This document shows positions 1 to 12,826 of a DNA stretch of 64,000 nt, in pieces; position 1 is the stretch's first letter, and each line of letters starts with the position of its first letter. The DNA is from Felis catus. Taxonomy: Eukaryota. The translations under genes and the position numbers were made by a program. The notes beneath the pieces were generated by a model that saw only the letters and a list, made by a program, of their open reading frames with translations, ran no database searches and had not been told where the DNA came from. The stretch spans positions 39,806,001 through 39,870,000 of the forward strand of contig NC_058368.1 in NCBI RefSeq assembly GCF_018350175.1, written 5' to 3'.

Positions 1-330
1 AGAAGATAATGACCAGATCAAGTCCCAGGACATAGTGAGTATTTGGCTTTGCTCTGTGACAGGGAGCTACTTCGAATTTTTGAATGAGGTGACATAGTAG
101 GTCTTTAATTTTAAAAGGATCACTCAGGTTGCAACAGTAAGTAGAGATGTGGAATGCTGGAGATGGGGAGTGGATGCAAAGCAATTGAAATCTGAATATA
201 TTCTCTAAGAGAAGCCAACAAGATTTAAGGATGAATTTAATATAGAGTGAGAGAGAGAGAGAAAATAGGGATGTCTTTAAAAGTTATGGCCTTAACAACT
301 GTTAAATGCATTTGCTAATTTCTGAGAGGT
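1..330 (-). mobile_element. L2 LINE fragment (ancient)
   Basis: Antisense L2a-like motifs ttttaaaaggatcactc, tctgaatatatt...agagaagccaacaagattt, gtgagagagagaga...ggcctt. Confidence 0.6.
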
Positions 331-349
331 TGTTGTTATGAAGTTTGGT

Positions 350-800
350 GATGTTTCAATAAGCATTCACCAAAAAACAGATGACACACTGAAATGGGGC
401 AATTTGAAAAGAGTTGAATAAGGAAGAGACTATTTACAAAGGTTGATCTGAGAAAATCCAGAAGGGCTTGTATAGTACTCTGGGGGCTAATGGTTGCCAT
501 TATAATCCCTAAGTCTATGGGAAGGAGCAGTTACCATGAACCATAGAGAAGACTTCCAGAAATAGAATTGTGTTAAGAAAGCTCTGTTCTTCAGTAAAGT
601 GTTGCAGACAGCATATGGTGATCTTAGTGAAAAGGATCCAGGGCCATAAATATCCCAGCATTACTTTCTTCTTGCTCTCTAGACTTCATTCTGGGGTCTC
701 TCATTATGAAATCCAACTGGAAGTAAGAGGGCATGGGAGATTCTTGATCCAGTTCATATAGTTTAAGCTCACGATGGTAGAAAGCAAAGTGGAAAAATAC
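350..800 (-). mobile_element. ERVL solo LTR, LTR33-like
   Basis: aaaacagatgacacactgaaatggggcaatttgaaaagagttgaataagg...actatttacaaagg resembles antisense LTR33; ends approximate. Confidence 0.55.
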
Positions 801-2577
801 GAATAATGGAACCAAGGCAATTATTTGAAGATACGTAACACAGGTAGAATGCCAAGAATCAATCATGAGACAGCAAAGAAGAAATGTTTAGTAGCCTGGA
901 GTTCAAGGAAAAGATAACCATAACTAATAAAAAGCAGAGAATACCAGCATATATCTGATATATAAAACCATGTAGCTGGATGTGTAGTTTCTAATAAAAA
1001 GGTGTCAAAAGTCTCATATGTAGGTTTATCTAGAATTAGGAGCCCTGGCCTTCCCTTAGCTTTGGTGTTCACTCCACTTGGAGGACCATTAAATCGACTT
1101 GATAATCTTGAATTGTCAATAAGTAAATTAGACATCTTAAAGTAAAACTTCCCAAAGGTTCTCTAGCACCAACTTAAATTTAGAAAGGTCTTTAAATCTC
1201 TGTAATGATTGTTGTAAGGCCAACTGAATACATACATATATTGTAATTTGTCAGATTGGCTTCATTTACGTATTTATTCTCTTGCTAATGAGTGTTACCT
1301 TGTGGGAGGTACTGAACCATACTCTGTGATGACATATTACTCTATTGGTCCTCTCTCTCTCAGTCAGCTCCTGCGTACAGGTTATGTAAATAAATGGCAG
1401 GACAAGTGTCAATGAATAGTCTTCTTGTTCATCTACCAACTTACCTCCCTGAAAAATATCTTTGTTACCTTAAAAGTAAAGAAGAATGGAAACAAAATTT
1501 ACTTTCTAGCAGGGCCTACGTCTAAGAAGTATATATGATATTATTTTGACCATTCAATTATATACTCACCTTCACTCTGATCTGGATATAATTTTGTGTT
1601 TCATGGTGTATGAAGGTCAATTACCAATATTATACATGCCTTTGAAGTATGATTATTTATAACAAGAGCTCCCATGAGTTTTTCAGTTCCTCAGTTATTT
1701 TATAGTTATGAACAATTACCACACATTCAGTTTACTCTTTATGATACTGAAAAATCATTTCAGGGACACTTACATTGGTGCTTTTCCTTCCTACAAAATC
1801 TGCAGAGGTCTGAAATCTTTATTAAAGTTTAAGGTCACTTTCACACAATCTGTATATGTTTAGCAAAGAAATGCAGTGTCCCTCCTGATGTTGGATATTT
1901 GGTTTTAGGTCCTCATGAGAATTCTTAGTCATAAATTCACTAACAATTTTCCTTGTAACTTCCATAACTGAAAATCACCCCTTAACATTCAGTGTTGCCT
2001 TTTCAAAAAACTTGAATCGCTGTTCTTGAACAACTCCAGGAGAAGAATATTACTTCTCTTTGCCTTTCTCATTCACATAATTGCTTTCCTATTGATTCAT
2101 ATTTGGATTTCTTTCCACTGTATTATGGATCCCATCGGAAAAAGAGCAAGCAAAACTTGTATATATATTTCTTAGCATTCATCACAGGGCACAATTCAGT
2201 GTCTACCACAAAGTAGCAATCTCTAAAAATAGGGTAAATGCATAAATTAAGCCCATCTAGTGAATCAGGATTTATCTATTCATTACATGAGATGGAAAGT
2301 ATGTTTCTTCTTTACATGTGTTTACATGTTATTAAACACATATCTGTTTCTTCTTTTCTTGACTATGTAACAGTCATATAGGTAGAGATCAGAATAATGT
2401 TTTCTACTACTTTGAATCCCTGGCTCTTGTCAGAACATCTGGTGCAGAATAGACAGTTGGTTCTAGATGAACACAATTGAATTGACATAAAATGGGACTG
2501 AAATTCTACCTGATTGCCATATCCTCCTATAATTCAGAAAAAAGCAATGGGAGAAATATTTCTATTATGTCCCATAA

Positions 2578-2580
<3 letters not shown>

Positions 2581-2662
<82 letters not shown>
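2581..2662. repeat. Compound microsatellite (TG)~23(TA)~18
   Basis: Directly visible. Confidence 0.98.
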
Positions 2663-2666
<4 letters not shown>

Positions 2667-2691
2667 AAAATAGTACTCAAAAGCTTCTACT

Positions 2692-2888
2692 TTTTTTTAA
2701 TGTTTGTTTATTTTTGAGAGAGAGAGACACAGAGTGTGAGCGGGGGAGGAGCAGAGAGATAGGAAGACACAGAATTCAAAGCAGGCTCAAGGCTCTGAGC
2801 TGTCAGCACAGACCCTGACAGGGGACTCCAACTCAGGAATCACGAGATCATGACCTGAGCCAAACTGACTGAGCTACCCAAGTGTCCC
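2692..2888 (-). mobile_element. Can-SINE (SINEC_Fc-like)
   Basis: Antisense SINE body; TSD caaaagcttctact at 2678-2691 and 2889-2902. Confidence 0.95.
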
Positions 2889-4216
2889 CAAAAGCTTCTA
2901 CTCTTAAGTGGGAAAGATTTGAAGGAATGACCCCTACTTATTACTATAAGCATTACAGATTTCTTAAATCACCAATATTTTAAAGAATATTACAAAAATC
3001 TAAAGGTCATCTTCCTTGAATCATCCACATATCTTCATGCAAAATTTGATTCCAAAGGGCTCACAAGCCCCAAGTTTTAGTATCCAAGGGCCACAGATTA
3101 AAGCCCAGATTATAGCAATCAATCCATATGAAAAGATCCCAATATATCATTTCAATCCATGACTGAGTAATCCATGTTTCAGTGATACATCCCTAAAAAT
3201 CTCAAATAATAATAATAATAATATTGATAAAATAATGAAATAATATCTATAGTAGCATGCAAAGGAAACAATAATGAGTTTGGGATTAGGTATCCTACAT
3301 TCAGTTATATAATACTGTTAAAAAATTTATTGTTCTTTGACTCAGAACATCAGCTCACATATTGCACATTGCAGAACAACTACTGTAGGCACTCAATAAA
3401 TATGTGTAATCTGAATATTAATTATATTCCCATCTTCTGCCTGTGGTGGTTAAGCTGAAAACCCTGAGCTCTAATAGTTTATTCCATAATAACATTTCTG
3501 TTAGTTCAATATGTGAACTTTAATTTTAAATTCATTTTAAATTTGGGTTTTAATCTGATTTTAGATTAATATTTTTCATATTTAACCTTATATTTACTAT
3601 ATCCTTTAGTGAGATGCATAACTGGGATTAATAAATTAAATGAACAGGCTCAAGAAATAATTCTAGATAATTTTACTTTCCCCCCTTTTTTCTACTCTAG
3701 AAGCTGACCCTACAAAAAATATCAGGGTAGTATAATTTGAGGCACACGGAGTTTGTTTTACTGTAAAATTTCATTGACACTTAGCATCTATCCTAATAGT
3801 AAGTAAACATTCCCAAGATGTATGAATTCAAATATATTCTCAATAATTTACTTTTTTCTTCTTTGTTCAAAATTGAAAATTTAAGCCATATCAAGACACA
3901 TCAGTATAACCTTACATTTCTGTAATAAAATAACTTCACATTTCTAAAAACAGTAATTGTATAACCTTATTTTTTAATGCAAACCAATGACACTTATTTA
4001 AATAGCAGGCAAATTTAGATCTTAATGGGCAAATTTCACATGTACTTTATTTTTCTCGTTTTCATCTGAATGATGTTGACATGTTCATCCAATGACATTC
4101 TAACCATGAATGATTATGACTCAACTATAGCTGCACAAATTTTAAAAATACAATTCTGAGTTGTAAAAATTGGTGAAACTTATAGTAAAATCTGATTTAT
4201 ATTAAATTCAAAATTA

Positions 4217-4245
4217 CACACTCTCTCTCTCTCTCTCTCTCTCTT

Positions 4246-4279
<34 letters not shown>

Positions 4280-4292
4280 TATATATACACAC
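4217..4292. repeat. Compound (CT)n(TA)n(CA) microsatellite
   Basis: Directly visible. Confidence 0.95.
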
Positions 4293-6209
4293 AATGAGGC
4301 TATCTATAGGGAAAAAAAGAAAGTATATAATATTCAAAATATCTGTGTTAAGATTGTGAACAGTATTATTAACACTCTCATATTGGCTTGCGTGAGTACA
4401 CAGATGTTTATTGTATTATTTTTTATATTCCATTTTATGCATTAAGTATAGTCTTTGGTGTATAAGAAACATATAATTAAAACAGAATAAAAATATGTAA
4501 ACACTGAATTCCAAACTGAGAGGAAATACATCACACTTATAAAACCCTGTCCATATGCAAAGCAGGGTATTTGGAAATTAATCGTGTTTTTTTCATAACT
4601 ATTTAAAGTATTTCTATATCCATGATATTAAATAAGAAGAACACTTTGGTAAACTTCCAAAAATGTTTTTGTGAATGGCAGCTTTTAATCATTCAACTAA
4701 TTGCCCCTTTAAAATTCCTGAAATTTCTAATTCATATCTTTGGCCGACAAACTTCCTTTATTCAGGAAATGGATATTTTCTCAATATTATTATCTTAGGT
4801 GACTGCCTACCTATATATTATTATAATTAAAAACCTACTTTAATAGTCCACTTCTTTAAACAGCAAGTTGTGTAAAACACTGTTATTGAATTCCAGAAAA
4901 GGGGGCTCTTAATTTTTAAATGTTATTTGTATAGATAATTTGTATCATTTAAAATAGTCTTTAAAAGAGTTTGAAGAGTATTTAAAGCTACGTTAATTTT
5001 AAATTTTCTATCATTAAAAATAGACCCTTTTCATCTATGTGATCACATTGATGGCAAGTTAGTTCTTTAATCACAATAAAATTGAAGAAAATCTAAACAT
5101 ATTTTAGAAAAGGGTGTTTTGTTTTCGTTTCCCTTTAAAACATAATATTGTATAGAGATTTTCTATTTTAATTTAAAATATTGTTTGAGAATACTAGTAA
5201 TGTCTCACAAAATATGGTTTTGTTTGAAGAGTACTTAGAGCTCTGTTAACTTTAAATTTATTACAACTTAAAAAATCCTTTTTATCTATGCAAGCACACA
5301 GTTGGTGAGTCCAGGTAAATGACAAGAGTGTGCACAATATTTAACAATGCACCGTATTGCAAACAAAAAAAGCAGGTTTTCATTCATGTAATCATCAAAA
5401 TCTAATTGAAAAGTTAAAAGTCTTTCAGCATTTTGACAATTGTGTATCCATGTCATTCAAGAAGGTATGGCAGGTAGATTAAAAAATTTAATCTCTCAAA
5501 GGGCAAAATATTCAATATAAACTTAAAGCGACTTAAAATGAGCCAGTCCTGTTTGTCAGTCATTCTTGTTTCTCTAATTTGGCTGCGTAGTTTGCACATT
5601 AGTGCCTAATTCAAACTGTTTAGCATTGTCCTTAAAAGCTCACTTTGAGCCCTTTACTGTAGCACAAGACTTGTTTTTCATGTACCTATGGACTTAATGC
5701 AATCTGATGCATGCTTACTCAACTTCCATTCCTCTGACTCATTATTTTTCAGATACCCTCTAGCCACCTCATAATTTTCTGATGTTTTAATTTCCTTAAC
5801 TCCGTGTGTCTTTTCTTACTAGCCTTTTCTAGGGGAATTCTTCTGCATAAAAAAAAAATCATTTCTTCTATCATTTTACCTCAGTATGTTCTTTATTAAA
5901 TGATTATCTTTTTCATTCATTTCACTCTTTCTCTTTGCTTACTCTTTCAGTCCAGACAAAAATACAATGAAGACCCCTCATGTCTACAGTCTCTTGACAT
6001 TTATATGTGTGTAAAATGCCATCTCTACAAAATTCTTCATCTCTTCCTGAGACCATTTGTCCTTTTTCTGGTGCTAAAATTGCTTTCTCAGAGTATTAGC
6101 CTATGCTAAAATATATGAAATAAAGAAGAAAAGGAAGCATATATGGATGGCAAAGTGAGGACCCAAGGTAATAGAAATATCTGTTTATTGTGACAAATAT
6201 ATTAACAAA

Positions 6210-6400
6210 ACATGGATTCAGAACTTGACATCTATGATTTCTAGCTGGGTAAATTTATACAAGTTGTAAAACTAACCTAAGTCACAGTTTCCTTTTCTGA
6301 AAGGAATAAATTAATATTATCTTTGTTTTTGCTGCATTTTTTCAAAGAAAATAATGCGTTAAGTTTTTATGCAAGTGACGGCCAAGTGATAAGCACAAGC
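6210..6400 (+). mobile_element. MIR SINE fragment
   Basis: tggattcagaac...tttctagctgggtaaatt...aacctaagtcacagtttccttttctgaaa resembles the MIR core. Confidence 0.5.
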
Positions 6401-7459
6401 CAAATAATGTGTGTGTGTGTTCCTAATATTAAAAATAATCTTTTGGTATTACCTAACTAAAGAGAGAGTTAATTTAAGTTGAAATGAAACCACAACATTC
6501 AGTGTCTATAGAATGAAAAAATAAGCATATTTTTATCTTTTGATACTGCCATGAAATCCATTATTTTTACTTATAGACAAAGGTTATTACTTATCATTTA
6601 CAGAAAACTATAATATCTATTTATATGACCATCTAACAATCAAACTTAAATCCTATCATATCTTAGGATTCCAAGAATGGTAAATTCTGCAGTTTAGTAT
6701 AATTAAACTTCTTTTAAAATTGAGTCATACTGTTATATTTTATTGAAAGCAGTTCCAGTAAAAAAAAAAAAAGACAAATAAATGATCATTTGTGTTGAAA
6801 TAAAAAGGTAGACATAGGTTACTTTTCTAATTTTTAAAATATAGGCAATATATTTTCAATTTTCTAATTGAAATTGCAGAAAATATGTCTGCATGACTAG
6901 AATTTTCCCCTCATATAAGATCACAGAAGTAAAGATACTTGTCTATACAGGTCAGTGTACTAATTTCATATATTACCAAGTTCACAATATGGCATTTTTA
7001 ACACAGGACTCAGAATATATCATCTCAAGGAGTCCATCTTAACTATTCAAAGTATCATATTTTTCAAGTTATTCTTATATGTATGCATATTATCAATTCT
7101 ATAAGTATATCATAATTTGGAAATATAATTTCTAATATGGCAATATGGAAGAATATGTAAGCCAACTTCTATGAACCTATATGAGTAATTTCTTTAACTG
7201 AGACTGTCACATGAGTGGAATGATTCATGTCTTGGTGCCATACCTCTTACGATTCATTCCAAAGAATTAACTATATTAGTAGAAACAAAGAAATTAGGAA
7301 CCGATAAAATAATCCATTGATTCTTTAATATTTTGGGAGTTATTAAATGGTGTCCCTCATAGAAGCTATCAATAATCTTTGAGTAAAAATTCAGGTATAT
7401 ACAAAGAAAAACAACTTCTAGAAGTCCTAAACCTGCCTTAGCAAAACTAATAAGGAAGA

Positions 7460-7488
7460 ACACAAACACAAACACACTCTCACACACA

Positions 7489-7533
<45 letters not shown>
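7460..7533. repeat. (CA)n microsatellite
   Basis: Directly visible. Confidence 0.97.
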
Positions 7534-7535
<2 letters not shown>

Positions 7536-8586
7536 CCTCAATGCGATCAGCCTTGAAGATTCCCAGAGCCATCCGCAACTTGCCCCTATCTCTGGTCATA
7601 TCAGCACAGACACTCAAGTTCCTGTTCATGAGAGTCCATCCATCTCTATATGCTTTTTGATAAATTCTTCACTCTTCCTTCCCTTCCAGAAAGGTCCAAA
7701 TCTCTAATCCCCCAAAACAAGATATTAACAAGACATGATCACTGTCCCTAAGGAGGTGACAATCTTGTTGTTATTGTTGGCATAATATAAAATTAATATT
7801 CTGGGTAAATCTGGGCAGTAACAGTCTTTCAAAAGTCTTTGAAGACTGGTTGATTAATTTGTTAATTGATTGACCTCATTGGCAGTACATCCAAGTGAAC
7901 TCATTCTGAGAATTGTGCTTTACTAAAATTGTATGCTATAAAGCCAAAGGTTAGTGTTTGTAATTGTTTTGATTGAGGAAATCTGATTTTCTGGTGCCCC
8001 CCAAGAGCCTTGCTTGCATTGCTACAATTAATTTTTTCATTTCTAAGGTCCTCATTTTGATGACCTGATGGCCCTCAATAAGCAGAAAAATACAATCTAA
8101 TCTCTGGGGAAGATTTTATAGATGAGGGTGGAGGCTCTTACTTCAAGTAGATGCAATATAAGAGAAGGTACATTTATTTAAATCACAAATTTGAATTTCA
8201 TTTTGTACTGCAGCAGAAACCAGTCAATCTTCATGGGAAACAAAGAGTGTGAAACGTATATGATGGAATCAGCATTTAAATGTGATGCAGTTTTATAGAA
8301 GCACTTGTTATAAGAGCTCCAAAAGACTGATTAACTAAAGTGCTTTATGTAAATGTATTTTAGCTCCAGTAATTTTTACATGGGCTACAATCTAAGTATT
8401 ATATGTGTTTGAGAAAGCAAATTTGCAAAGACCTAAGAAAAGATATTGTAGAATGCATATTTCTTTGCGATAGAATATAATGTGGGATATCAGAAATTAT
8501 AGTGTATTATTCCTAGGCAAAATGAAAATTTCAAAAATCACTCCAAACTACAAAGTGGAGAAATTGATTTTTCTCTCTATAAAATA

Positions 8587-9260
8587 AAGACGGTCTCCAA
8601 CTTACAATGGTTTGGCTTACAATTTTTCAACTTTTACAATGGTGCAAAACAATATGCATTCAGTAGAAACTGTACTTCGAATTTTGAATTTTGATTTTTT
8701 CCTGGGCTGGTGATATGTGGTACCATACTCTACCACATTGCTAGGCAACGTAGTGAGTCACAGCTCCCTGTCAGCCACACATGATCATGAGGATAAGCAA
8801 CCGACACATTTACAACCATTCTGTACCCATACAACGCTTCTGTTCTTTCACTTTCAGTACAGTATTCAATAAATTACATGAGATAGTCCAAACTTTACTA
8901 TAGGGGCACCTCAGTAGCTGAGTCAGTTAAGTGTCTGACTCTTAATTTCAGCCCAGGTAATGATCTGACAGTTCCTGGGATCAGGCCCTGTGGTGGGCTC
9001 TGTGCTGACATTATGGAGCCTGCTTGGGACTCTTTCTCTCCTCTCTCTCTGCCTCTCCCCCTGCTTGTGCACACGAGCTCTCTCTCTCTCTGTGTCTCTG
9101 TCTCTGTCCCTCTCTCTCTCTCTCAAAAATAAATACACAAACAAAAATTTTTATTATAAAGAGGCTTTGATTTTGCCCAACTGTAGGCTAACGTTAGTGT
9201 TCTGAGCATGTTTAACATTGGCTAGGCTAAGCTATGATCTTCCACAGGTTAGGTCTATTA
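8587..9260 (-). mobile_element. MER47/Tigger5-family DNA transposon, interrupted by a Can-SINE, distal TIR missing
   Basis: TA + agacggtctccaacttacaatgg TIR-like end; internal cattcagtagaaactgtacttcga, ttgcccaactgtaggctaa, gctaggctaagctatgat match the MER47 reverse complement. Confidence 0.8.
8903..9146 (+). mobile_element. Can-SINE nested in MER47
   Basis: ggggcacc head, CT tract, aaaataaat tail; degenerate TSD aaactttactata / aaatttttattata. Confidence 0.93.
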
Positions 9261-10680
9261 TATGGACATGGTAAAAACGAAACCAAATTAAAGATAGATA
9301 CTTTGCAGAGAGAAGTCCAATGTCATGAAAGGTAAGTAAATACTGTCACAACACAACAAACCATCCTAATTGGGATGATAGATTAATAGCAGCTATTTTT
9401 TAAAATCTCTCGATGACATATTTCAGGTAGGGTTTTTTTTTTTTTACATGTATCAGTCTTTTCTAACCTATATGTAAATTTATATAATTTATCTAATTTG
9501 TATATAGAGCCCATGCTGACCAAAAATAATAAACAAAATCCTTGGGAGACATTCAAAAGAGTAGAAAGAATGAACCCTCACTAAAAGGATATTAAGCAAA
9601 CAGAAATGAGAGAATGAAAATACATGAGCACATATACAATTATATAGAATAAAATAAAACTGCTAGGAGAAATTAATACAGTGGGCATTAGAGTCGGCAG
9701 TTTATAAAAAAATACTTAAAAAATATGTTTCTGATAAAAAAAAAATTTCCAGTGGAACAAACTTTGAAAAATACCCCTTGATAAATGCTCCCTTGGCTAA
9801 GTTTAATTCCTTCACTGCAGACAGACTTACTGCCATTTTTGTCTTAGGAGCAATGGAGTCCAATGGCAGTTCAGTAAAGGAATAAGGCAGTGACAGAAGA
9901 GAAATCTCTACCAAGTACAGGAAAGAGCAGTCACTGAGAGCTGGAGAGAAAGGATTGAGTACCACCAGCATTGGAGTGGCACCAGTGACTAGATGGAGTA
10001 GGTGAATGCTTAGAGGTCAGTAAGGACCCAGAATACATGAGACATGCATAAGGTTGCGTGGTAGCCACACATACTCTTGACTTCAAACCCTATGTGGATA
10101 GTGACCCTCTGCTTTTGTACAAAGCTCATGGAAATGAATGCAGAGAGAGAAAATACAGCCTTGGGAGTAAACTGAACTTTAAGCGAACAGAAAATGTTTC
10201 CTCCCAGTGGCAAGATGAAGCTTTTCTTCACCATTGCCAGGACTTGGGGTTGCTGAAGTTTCAATTAGTTATTGAAATCAAGGCGTTCTAGTGTCTTGAC
10301 CAATAATATTATGGGTAACAATGCAGTCACTAAAAGGAGTATATACCTACCATGTAAGATGAAAGTTATTTTCATTTATAAAAATTTATCTGATTGAAGC
10401 AATCCATATACATTCTGAAGCTAATATTTACCATTAATTATTATAGTTTAAAAGAGTCATTTTCTTACTCTTGTGCATGCCATATATGTTGAATTTTAAG
10501 CATCATGTTTGCAGAAAATAAGTCAGAATCAGGTATCTGAAGATTTTTTTCTGATTTCTGATGACTACTTTTTAAAAATGGTTTGGGGCAAATTAAATTA
10601 ATCTGAGCTCAGTCCTCACCACTTCAATGGAATAATCATAATAGTAATAATGTCAAAATTATACAATTTTTAAAAATTTA

Positions 10681-10865
10681 GGGGCAACTGGGTGGCTCAG
10701 TGGGTTGAGCGTCTGACTTCAGCTCAGGTCACGATCGCATGGCTCATGTGTTCGAGCCCCGCATCTGGCTCTGAGCTGTCAGCACAGATTCTATGTCTCC
10801 CTCTCTCTCTCTGTCCCTCTCCCATTCACTCTGCCTCTCTCAAAAATAAATAAAAACATTGAAAA
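10681..10865 (+). mobile_element. Can-SINE (internally deleted)
   Basis: ggggcaactgggtggctcag head, gttcgagcccc B-box, A-rich tail. Confidence 0.93.
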
Positions 10866-11044
10866 ATGTAATGGAATGTTTATGAGGTCTTCTTCGATCA
10901 ATATAACAACTCTTCTTCAATTTGAGGAACTCTCCTTCTGTGAGTCTTGGAGGAACACAGGGACCAACCTTTTCCTAAAGAAGTCAGGGTGACGTGCTAG
11001 TTTTTCCACAATTCTACAATTTAAAGTATATGCACATGCTTTAG

Positions 11045-11372
11045 GTTTGGCCCTTAGGACTTGGAATATTGAACAATATCTCAAAGACAAAGGAGCAGGT
11101 GAAAAAGTTCTCACAGTGGTGGGGGTGGTAATAAGAAACTAGGAGGAGGAGTGATGAGTGGCCTTCACAGTCCAGCTGTGACAGTGGTCTAAGTGGTGTC
11201 CAAACCTGGATGTCTCATGGAATGGCTATCCATTATTAATGCCTGTATATTTTCTGTGACTGACAAAATATCTTGTCTATTCATCAGTCACCTGATATCC
11301 TTTAAAAAAATTCTGCTAAAGATCTCCCAGTCAATTTCTGTTGTTTGCAAATAAGAACTGTAACTCACACCA
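11045..11372 (+). mobile_element. Old ERVL-type LTR fragment (family uncertain)
   Basis: 3' end ttctgttgtttgcaaataagaactgtaactcacac resembles ERVL LTR termini. Confidence 0.35.
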
Positions 11373-11535
11373 ATTGGTATTCATGGTGTAAACAGGAAGA
11401 TGAAAAACATGAAATTTTATAACACTTCAGTATAATGATTTCATGGAAAACATGTTTTTAGTTGAAACACTTTGGAACCTTTCTAACCTCTCGTTATCTT
11501 CAGCAGACTTTCCCTCCTCCATTAATAAGGAACAG

Positions 11536-12027
11536 TGTATTAGTTTTCAATCGCTGCCCTAACAAATTACCACAGACTTGGTGGCTTAAAACAACACAGA
11601 TTATTATCTTACATTTCTGAAGGTCAGAAGTCCAAAATAGGTCTAAGTGGACTAAAATCAAAGTGTCAGCACAGCTCCATTGCTTTCTGGAGGGGTGAAT
11701 CCATTTCCTTGCCCTTTTCAATGTCTAGAAGCCGCTCATATTCCTTGGTTCATTAACCTTAATCCATCCTCAAAATCAACTATAGAAGGTCAAGCTATTC
11801 TCACCTTACCTCACCTTAACTTCCTCTTCTGCTTCCTCCTTCCACATTTAAGGACCTTTATGATTAAATTCACCCCATTCCGAAAATTCAGGATAAACTC
11901 ATTTTAAATTGACTAACAATCTTTATTCTATCTGCCACTTTAACACACCTTTACCATGTAACGTAACACATTCACTGTTTCAGATTAGGATGTGGATACC
12001 TCTAGGGGGGCATTATTTCACCTACTG
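11536..12027 (-). mobile_element. MLT1 (MLT1B/C-like) MaLR solo LTR
   Basis: tgtattagtttt...aacaaattaccacagacttggtggcttaaaacaacacaga...aggtcagaagtccaaaat; ends gggggcattatttcacctac. Confidence 0.85.
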
Positions 12028-12769
12028 TAAAGAACATTCCAATAACCGATTTGAGAAATTCAGAAGGATAAGAAGGCATTTGCTACAAATTGGCAACCAA
12101 TGAAAAGTTGTCTTAGGGTCAAAAAGCTGATGAAATCCATTGGAATACATGTATATGAGGTTAATGAAGATCTAACTATCAAATCTGTTTTCCATTACAA
12201 ACAGATAGCATATTATGAAATATAGGAGAAAACACAAAATTGAAACTATGAAGTAGATTTTGAGTTATCAAATAGGAGACTCTGAATATATTTAGGAAAA
12301 AATAAATTACAATAGAGGATCACTGAATCAAATACAACTTAGTAATATCTTTTTAAACAATTCATCTTAAGTATTTCTAAATTACATTTCATGTTTCCCT
12401 TCTGTCTTTAAAGTTTTGTCTAGGCTTCACAAAAAAATACTGTGCCTCTTTTGTTTGTTTCTCCCATATGAATTATATTTGAGAGTTACCAAACATGAAT
12501 GATATGGGGAAATTATTCTCTTACTTCAAAAATTCCAGTTAATAAATGCAAATAAAATAAGAGTAAAAAAAAAAGTTAATATATGCATTCATGGCAATGG
12601 CAATGGCAGACAACACCTGAACCCACTGACCAATTTTAACATCCCTAAATCGAGGACAATCTTCTCTTTTATTTCTGGTTTTGAATGAGGTTTTGATAAT
12701 AGTTAAAACTATACCCATATCAAAGAGAAGGAAAAGAAAGTGTATCTGGAGCAAAACTAACTTATCTGA

Positions 12770-12826
12770 TGTAGACCTGAAACTAATAAGGTATTATTTG
12801 TCAATTATACCTCGATTAAAAAAAAC
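12770..12826 (+). mobile_element. Severely 5'-truncated L1 3' terminus
   Basis: tgtagacctgaaactaata...gtcaattatacctc followed by an A run. Confidence 0.7.

Noticed and set aside
9760..10320. Possible old LTR or unique regulatory element
   Set aside because: Slightly GC-richer, but I could not match a family or define boundaries
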